Source: Candidatus Lokiarchaeum ossiferum
GTDB taxonomy: Archaea > Asgardarchaeota > Lokiarchaeia > Sigyniarchaeales > Promethearchaeaceae
Assembly (NCBI GenBank): GCA_025839675.1
Contig: CP104013.1
Coordinates: forward strand, 2,370,001-2,402,000
Direction: 5' to 3'
DNA: 32,000 nt
A model generated the notes under the pieces. The model saw only the letters and a list, made by a program, of their open reading frames with translations. It was not told the DNA's origin and did not search any database. Below are positions 26,247 through 32,000 of this stretch, piece by piece; the first letter of the stretch is position 1, and each line of letters starts with the position of its first letter. The position numbers were made by a program, and so were the translations under genes.

Positions 26247-27377
26247 TTAGAGAAAAATGAAATAGATAATTATTGTTTGTATACAATTGTAGATAATATG
26301 GGCTGAACCTGCTGCAATGAGATCTTTCCGCCAATTTCGCACCAGACCCAAAAAAATCGAAATCCCAAGATAAACTATTAAAAAGAAGAGAAATATCGGA
26401 GGCATTACAATATATACATAAATATGAAATAATCCAAAAAATACTGCCGTAAGTAATAACGAGGCGGGTTTATTCATTTTACTTTCAAAGCTCCGTTGCA
26501 CAAATCCTCGAAACATAACTTCTTCGGAGTAACCGACAAAAAGAGCCATTTGAAGAACAAAAAGCAGTAATTCCCAGAATTGACCCGGACTTGTTAGATC
26601 AAAATCATCGAACTCAATCCCTTCCATAAAAGTGATCACGTCTACCCCATAGAACGCTTTAACAATAATAGAACCGATAATTTGGAATCCTAATGCAAGA
26701 AATACCATTATGAGCCCCAGAAAGATACCAAGTAATATTTCTCGAACTAATTCAGGCTTGGTATATTTATCAAAAGGTAATCCTAACACATCTAGACGTT
26801 GCCGGAGAGTTAATTTTCCTGGATAATAGCGATTAACCCACCAAATTGGAACGATCAAGAAAAATAATGAAAAACTCCCAACAATAAACACGAAAACTGA
26901 GTTCATTCCATTGCCAGAAAATACTGTTAAAGCAGCGGGAATAATGGTAAGGATGATAATACCAATATAAGTGATCAAAGGAACCAGAAATCCTGCGAGT
27001 ACATTCCACTTTCGTTGTTTGTGAATCGGAGAATATCCCATTTGGGGATACATTTGAGGATAACTAGCAGGATATCTTAGTGTGGGTGAAATGGAAGATT
27101 GAGACTGCCCAATCGCATTATTATTTAAGGGAGCAATAGAAGTGGAAGACATTGGGGGTGTATCAGAAGTGAAGACAGCATAATTTTGATGATCAATTAA
27201 AATTTCTTTATTACGACCCACTGGAAAAGCGTATCCACAGACGTGACAAAACAACGGATTATTTGATAGTAGACTCGTCGAATGGCAACGAGGACAATAA
27301 AATTCATCAGGATTTGGAGAAAGATCGGCGGGTTTGGGATCAGAATTTCGAGTATCTTTATTGGGATTTTCTTCCAT
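26247..27377 (-). CDS. Zinc-ribbon-fused CPBP family intramembrane glutamic endopeptidase (CAAX protease-like)
   Basis: The N-terminal zinc ribbon is CPRCHS...CHVCGY. The CPBP motifs are EEVMFRG (EExxxR), FFGLFH (FxxxH) and a distal HIIYN. There are multiple TM helices. I prefer ATG 27377 (GAGGT upstream) over the TTG at 27413. Confidence 0.8.
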   Translation of the reverse strand: MEENPNKDTRNSDPKPADLSPNPDEFYCPRCHSTSLLSNNPLFCHVCGYAFPVGRNKEILIDHQNYAVFTSDTPPMSSTSIAPLNNNAIGQSQSSISPTLRYPASYPQMYPQMGYSPIHKQRKWNVLAGFLVPLITYIGIIILTIIPAALTVFSGNGMNSVFVFIVGSFSLFFLIVPIWWVNRYYPGKLTLRQRLDVLGLPFDKYTKPELVREILLGIFLGLIMVFLALGFQIIGSIIVKAFYGVDVITFMEGIEFDDFDLTSPGQFWELLLFVLQMALFVGYSEEVMFRGFVQRSFESKMNKPASLLLTAVFFGLFHIYVYIVMPPIFLFFLIVYLGISIFLGLVRNWRKDLIAAGSAHIIYNCIQTIIIYFIFL

Positions 27378-27513
27378 TAACTTACCTCTTCTATGTAATA
27401 TGAAAAGAAACAATTAAATAAATTTTCCACTCTTGAAATAAAATCAATTCAACAAAAATGCTACTAAAGAGCAAGTGAAAAAGAAAAAAGAAATTCAAAA
27501 ATGAAAAATGTGC

Positions 27514-28722
27514 CTATTGTAATCGGCGTTTTTCATGGACGTCAGTGTCTTCAATTAAAAAGCTTAAAATTCCACCAATTAAGAACAATCCTGCGACAAC
27601 ATACATCAAGAAGTCAACTGGAACAATTAGTAGTAATAATCCGCCAATCTGACCTAATACCATCAATAATCCATTCGAAGTTTCTTCTGGTGCAGGATAA
27701 GTAATTTCTGCAGCATAAGTTAAACCAACAGGTAAACAAGAAACTAAAAGGAACCCAAAGATAAATCCTATGGCACAAACAATCCAAAATGTATTAATTA
27801 TTGCCAACAAAATACATAAAGGAACCGCAGACATCATCGCAATATTTATGAAAATTTTTCTTTTGTGTTTTGCATCTGAAATGCCAGATAAAATAATGGC
27901 ACCAAATATTCCTCCAATTATCATAAACCCACCAATCAATCCTGAATCCCACGTTGGATCAAAAATAAGATCAATCTTTGTGGTAATTGCATTAAATGCA
28001 CCTAACCCGAAGAATAACATCAATAAAAGCAGATTAAAATCCTTAATTTTGAATAAATCTTTTGTGCCCTTAGTGGCTAATGCTTTTGTTTTATCGGCGT
28101 ATGGATTTGGGGCGAATTCTGGTTTTTCTTTTGCAAAAATTAAAAATAAACCCATGCTTACAAACGAAATAATCCCGTACCACAGTAATAACTTTCCAAT
28201 GTCAAACCCTTCACCGAGCATCCCAGGCACCAACATCGCAACAATAGCACCGATTAAGGTAGCAATCGTTCCTAATCCCGATGCTGTGGCCTTCTCTTTT
28301 TCAGGAAACCATGTGGATGCAAGTTTTGTGAAAGAATTCAACAAAAATGGCTGACCAATAGCACACATAATTTGTGAAATAACAACAATTACAAAATTTG
28401 CTGCAAAAATTCCACGGATTAGTCCAAATAAGCCGGTTAAAATAACACCAACTCCAACACCCCATTTCAACCCATATTTATCAATCATCCAACATGCTGG
28501 AAAATTTACAGGAATATAGGCAACCATATAACTTGCAGCCAGAAAAACAATCCAAAACTCTGAAACACCATAAAATGCTTTAGATTCTACAACAATTGGT
28601 GAAAATGATACCCAAATAACTTGATTCATCAAACCAATGAACATAAATAAAATTAATTCCACAAACCGAAACTTCGTTGTTTTGTATTCAGTAGGTGAAC
28701 TGGAAACGATTTTTTCTCCCAT
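27514..28722 (-). CDS. MFS transporter
   Basis: 402 aa with about 12 TM helices, a central loop (KEKPEFAPNPYADKTKALATKG) and MFS-like loop 2-3 sequence (DKYGLKWG). Confidence 0.8.
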   Translation of the reverse strand: MGEKIVSSSPTEYKTTKFRFVELILFMFIGLMNQVIWVSFSPIVVESKAFYGVSEFWIVFLAASYMVAYIPVNFPACWMIDKYGLKWGVGVGVILTGLFGLIRGIFAANFVIVVISQIMCAIGQPFLLNSFTKLASTWFPEKEKATASGLGTIATLIGAIVAMLVPGMLGEGFDIGKLLLWYGIISFVSMGLFLIFAKEKPEFAPNPYADKTKALATKGTKDLFKIKDFNLLLLMLFFGLGAFNAITTKIDLIFDPTWDSGLIGGFMIIGGIFGAIILSGISDAKHKRKIFINIAMMSAVPLCILLAIINTFWIVCAIGFIFGFLLVSCLPVGLTYAAEITYPAPEETSNGLLMVLGQIGGLLLLIVPVDFLMYVVAGLFLIGGILSFLIEDTDVHEKRRLQ

Positions 28723-28880
28723 AGCAATAGTTCAACTTCAAGCTAAATATAGTTATAGAAGTAATTTCTGCACAATTTTGGTCAAATTTCTACTGACTAT
28801 TTTTTCTACGTATCATTGAAAACTTTGAGATTTCCATTTTTTGTAATAAGAAAATTTTTTTCAATTGTTGCATTTGAATG

Positions 28881-28888
28881 TTTATAAA
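28881..28888 (+). promoter_or_regulatory. TATA box for gltX (leaderless geometry)
   Basis: TTTATAAA is centred about 24-26 nt upstream of ATG 28907, with no SD-like sequence between them. Confidence 0.4.
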
Positions 28889-28906
28889 GGTTCGGAGATC
28901 TCATAG

Positions 28907-30691
28907 ATGAATGAAGTAGAAAAAATAATCTGGCTCGAAGGGTTAAAAAATGCCGTCAAATTTAAAGGAAAGGCTAACGCAAAAGCAGTCATGGGTAAAT
29001 TGATGCGAGATATGCCTGAATTACGTACACAGGGAAAAGAAGTTAAGATAAAAATTTTTACAATTATTAAAGAAATAAATCAATTGGATCAGGAAACCCA
29101 AGCGAAAAAAGCGTTGGAAATGGATCCTCATGCATTGGATGAGAAAGAAAAGGCAGGTCCTGAAGAAAAAGTATTACCCGAATTACCTGGGGCAGAAAAT
29201 GGAAAAGTGATAATGCGTTTAGCACCTTACCCATCTGGAGCATTACATGTCGGAAATGCCCGAATGTGTGTATTAAATGATGAATATGTGAAGCGGTATA
29301 ATGGTAAATTATTATTAGTTTTTGATGATACCATTGGCACCACGCTGGAAAAAATTAATGAACCTAATGCAAAATATGTAATCCCTGAAGCCTATGATCT
29401 TATTCCTGAGGGGTTAGATTGGTTAGGGGTTAAATATCACGAGACTCATTACAAAAGCGATCGCGTTGAACATCACCAAAAAGAAGCAGGAAATTTGATT
29501 GATAGGGGAGAAGCGTATGTGTGTACCTGTGAAGCCCAAGTTTTTCGAGATGAATTTAAACGTCCTGGCAAAAATTGTCCATGTCGCTCCAAAGATCTTG
29601 AACATCATCAAGAATTATATGATCAAATGAAAAGTGGAAAAATTGGGGAAGGCGATGCGGTTGTTCGTTTAAAAACAGGCATGGATCAAAAAGATCCGGC
29701 CATGCGTGATCACATTATTATGCGAATTTCCGATGCGCCCCATCCACGAATTGGAACGAAAGTCCGTTTGTGGCCTGTCTTAGAATGGTCATGGGGTTTA
29801 GATGATCATTTCTTAGGAATCACTCACATCATTCGCGGAATTGACTTGAAAAAAGAAGGTGAGGTAGAGAAGTATATTTGGGACTTATATGGGTGGAAAC
29901 ATAGTCATATTTCTCTCTATGGTCGTTTAAAATTTGGCGATGAATTTAAATTTAGTAAAACTCAAGCTCGCCAAAATGTTAGAGCAGGAATATATGATGG
30001 CTTTGGCGATCCGCGTACTTGGAGCCTTCAATCGTTAGAAGCTCGAGGTATCCATCCTGATTCAGTTCGACAATCCTTAATTGATTTAGGAATGTCGAAT
30101 CGAGGGATAGAATTTGATAAAAACTGGATTTATTCTTACAATACGAAAATAATTGATGCTAACTCCAATCGTTATTGGTTTGTTGAAAATCCAAAAGCCG
30201 TGAAAATTTTGGATATTCCTATGGATAAATATGTTGCAAATCCTCTATTAAACCCTCAATTCCCCGAGAAAGGTACGCGCAACGTTCCAATGGGAATTAA
30301 CAATCACCAATGTGATGTATTCATGGCTAGTGCAGATTTAGATGCAGTTATAAACCACAAAGGGAAGGTGTTATATCCAGCCATCACAGAAGGACAAGAT
30401 ATTCGATTTAAAGATATGTTTAATGTTAAAATTGAGTCCATCGATGAAAATATTACTGCACGGTATCTTTCTTCCGATAAAATCCAAGGAATTCGAAAAA
30501 TCCAAGTCGTTCCAGAGTTGAATAACATCCCGATCAAAATTTTACAACCGGATGGGATTGTGACTGAAGGCTTTGGGGAGTCAAATCTCCGCACATTAAA
30601 ACCAGGAACCAGTGTTCAATTCGAACGGTATGGGTACGTAAAGTTACGGGACATCTCACCAAATAGTATTTATGGATATTTCACAAACTAA
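28907..30691 (+). CDS. gltX: Glutamyl-tRNA synthetase, archaeal type
   Basis: The N-terminal archaeal GluRS domain is LKNAVKFKGKANAKAVMGKLMRDMPELR. The class I HIGH motif appears as PSGALHVGNAR and the KMSKS equivalent as KFSKT. A Cys cluster CTCE...CPC is present. 594 aa. Confidence 0.92.
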   Translation: MNEVEKIIWLEGLKNAVKFKGKANAKAVMGKLMRDMPELRTQGKEVKIKIFTIIKEINQLDQETQAKKALEMDPHALDEKEKAGPEEKVLPELPGAENGKVIMRLAPYPSGALHVGNARMCVLNDEYVKRYNGKLLLVFDDTIGTTLEKINEPNAKYVIPEAYDLIPEGLDWLGVKYHETHYKSDRVEHHQKEAGNLIDRGEAYVCTCEAQVFRDEFKRPGKNCPCRSKDLEHHQELYDQMKSGKIGEGDAVVRLKTGMDQKDPAMRDHIIMRISDAPHPRIGTKVRLWPVLEWSWGLDDHFLGITHIIRGIDLKKEGEVEKYIWDLYGWKHSHISLYGRLKFGDEFKFSKTQARQNVRAGIYDGFGDPRTWSLQSLEARGIHPDSVRQSLIDLGMSNRGIEFDKNWIYSYNTKIIDANSNRYWFVENPKAVKILDIPMDKYVANPLLNPQFPEKGTRNVPMGINNHQCDVFMASADLDAVINHKGKVLYPAITEGQDIRFKDMFNVKIESIDENITARYLSSDKIQGIRKIQVVPELNNIPIKILQPDGIVTEGFGESNLRTLKPGTSVQFERYGYVKLRDISPNSIYGYFTN

Positions 30692-30693
30692 TA

Positions 30694-30702
30694 TTTTTTT
30701 TT
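30694..30702 (+). terminator. Oligo-T tract after gltX
   Basis: A T9 run begins 3 nt after the TAA stop (30689-30691). Confidence 0.4.
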
Positions 30703-30783
30703 CTTATGAATATTTTATTTTTTGTGTTATGCATCATATCAGCATTTAAATGGATTTTTTTACTCATTTACTTGGTATTAAAG

Positions 30784-31323
30784 ATGGCAACAGCTCAAGA
30801 AATTAGCTATGATGATTTAGAATTATCTGGATATAATGAATTACTTCCCGTCATTCCTCCCGAAATTGAGCACAATTGTATTGCTTGTTCTCCCACCAAT
30901 CCTTATGGAATAAAAATGCGATTTTTTGGAAATAAAGCCAAAGGAGAAATTATTTCGCGCCTCATATTAAAGAAGAATTATTGTGGATTTCCCAACTTTA
31001 CCCATGGGGGGATTATCACATTGATTCTTGACGAATTGATGGCTCATTTACTATATTTATTATATGGTCGTTATGGAGTTACAAAATCAATAAAAGTTGA
31101 ATTTTTACGACCTGTATTGATAGGAAAACCCTTTTATGTACGGGCAGTCCTTGCAAAACCTATGGAAACGGAATTAACTCCCGATGGTCTTTCTGAAGTG
31201 GAAGTAAAATCATCCATTCATGCAGGTTTAAATGAAATGGGTAAAATTTGTGCATCAGCCCAAGCATCCATGGTGATTCTTCCCGATGAACGGTTTGAAT
31301 TGCTTTGGAAATCACAACAATAA
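30784..31323 (+). CDS. Hotdog-fold thioesterase (PaaI/YbgC-like) with an N-terminal Cys pair
   Basis: CIACSPTNPYGIKMRFF and FTHGGIITLILDELMAH are typical of PaaI-type thioesterases. The ORF track starts at 30706, but those 26 codons are T-rich and hydrophobic and begin immediately after the gltX T9 terminator. I therefore prefer ATG 30784. Confidence 0.75.
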   Translation: MATAQEISYDDLELSGYNELLPVIPPEIEHNCIACSPTNPYGIKMRFFGNKAKGEIISRLILKKNYCGFPNFTHGGIITLILDELMAHLLYLLYGRYGVTKSIKVEFLRPVLIGKPFYVRAVLAKPMETELTPDGLSEVEVKSSIHAGLNEMGKICASAQASMVILPDERFELLWKSQQ

Positions 31324-31339
31324 CACTTAAAGAACTCGA

Positions 31340-32000
31340 ATGAAGAATCGAACATCATATTGCGCAGCAATTTTTTCATTATTGCTCTGGGGAACAACAT
31401 TTGCTCTTGCAAAAATGGTCACTCCTGATCCTTTAAACCCCTTTACCTTCATTGCTCTTCGCTCGTTCTTTGGGTTAATAGTATTGTTTTCCTTCCTAAT
31501 TCTTGCGAAACAAGTAGGTGAATGGTTTCGGGTATTTAAACGACATATCAAATCATTTCTCTTAATCGGCACATTGTTTTTTGCTGTAGCCTATCTATTA
31601 CAATTTTGGGCGTTGTCTATGACAACTGCATCCAATCAATCAATAATTTCAAATACTCAAGCCTTTTGGGTTGTTATATTCAATATCCTTTTCTTCAAAC
31701 AAAAGCCTTCGAAACGATTTATAATGGGACTGATGTTGGCGATGAGTGGCGTATTACTTATAATCATGAATACGGATATAAATATCTCTGGAAATACGAT
31801 CATTGGAGATTTACTCTCACTTCTTTCTTTCATATTCTGGGGTGGATATACGGCTTTCATAAAACCTATCACCACAGAAGAAAAACCGATTTATGTAACC
31901 ACCTCGATAATTTTTGTCGGAGCACTCATTATCATTCCCGCGTCATTATTTTATGGCGCTCCCGCAGAAATGGCACAATTATCCTTGTCTCAATGGGGAA
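31340..32000 (+). CDS. EamA/DMT-family transporter, 3' end cut by the window edge
   Basis: Not in the ORF track because no stop is reached. My manual translation from ATG 31340 reads MKNRTSYCAAIFSLLLWGTTFALAKMV...LRSFFGLIVLF...LLQFWALSMTTASNQSIISNTQAFWVVIFNILFF...MGLMLAMSGVLLI. This is the typical EamA repeat pattern. The frame is open to nt 32000. Confidence 0.8.
   Translation, partial: MKNRTSYCAAIFSLLLWGTTFALAKMVTPDPLNPFTFIALRSFFGLIVLFSFLILAKQVGEWFRVFKRHIKSFLLIGTLFFAVAYLLQFWALSMTTASNQSIISNTQAFWVVIFNILFFKQKPSKRFIMGLMLAMSGVLLIIMNTDINISGNTIIGDLLSLLSFIFWGGYTAFIKPITTEEKPIYVTTSIIFVGALIIIPASLFYGAPAEMAQLSLSQWG

Noticed and set aside
27770-28354. 194-aa plus-strand ORF listed in the ORF track
   Set aside because: It lies entirely antisense to the well-supported MFS transporter gene (27514-28722). 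Its translation is low-complexity (I/N/P/A-rich), the mirror image of a membrane-protein coding strand. It has no motifs.
31327-31875. Two minus-strand ORFs (81 aa and 72 aa) near the right edge
   Set aside because: The plus strand here encodes a clean EamA/DMT transporter that runs off the window, so it is missing from the ORF track. The minus-strand ORFs are its antisense shadows.
1-32000. Search for CRISPR arrays, tRNA/rRNA genes, transposases, integrases, and toxin-antitoxin or defence-system gene pairs
   Set aside because: I saw no regularly spaced direct repeats. Apart from 2745-2780, there are no GC-rich ~75-nt islands in intergenic DNA. No ORF carries transposase, integrase, nuclease or Cas-like motifs. 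The window looks like core chromosome.

Overview
Visibly AT-rich chromosomal segment that looks archaeal. The evidence is an RFC small subunit, an archaeal-type GluRS with the N-terminal helical domain, TATA-like boxes about 26 nt upstream of start codons, and oligo-T terminators. An Asgard/Lokiarchaeia-like origin is only a guess from protein style. I support 23 protein-coding genes. They include housekeeping genes (rfcS, truA, gltX) and a co-directional lysC-metY-metX-metW methionine cluster. Sensory genes are a Cache-HAMP-PAS chemoreceptor cut by the left window edge and a soluble PAS histidine kinase. There are five membrane transporters: two GPH/MFS_2 paralogs, one other MFS and one EamA cut by the right edge are transporters, alongside a CPBP intramembrane protease. 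Also present are an acyl-CoA ligase, an SDR epimerase and a hotdog thioesterase. Two loci stand out. (1) In the apparently empty gap at 2264-2822 there is a small ORF, absent from the ORF track, that reads through one in-frame TGA placed directly before Cys-Gly. It aligns by eye with the HesB/IscA cluster-ligand loop and is followed by the only GC-rich intergenic patch in the window, so it is a candidate selenoprotein gene with a 3'-UTR SECIS. (2) A 2145-aa type I membrane protein has a roughly 1760-aa ectodomain with about 60 N-x-S/T sequons and seven tandem ~105-aa Ig-like repeats. It then has a single TM helix and a ~316-aa cytoplasmic tail that reads like a longin/roadblock-like alpha/beta domain followed by two winged-helix units. 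I cannot assign this architecture to a described family. I recognised no rRNA, tRNA, CRISPR array, transposase or integrase.
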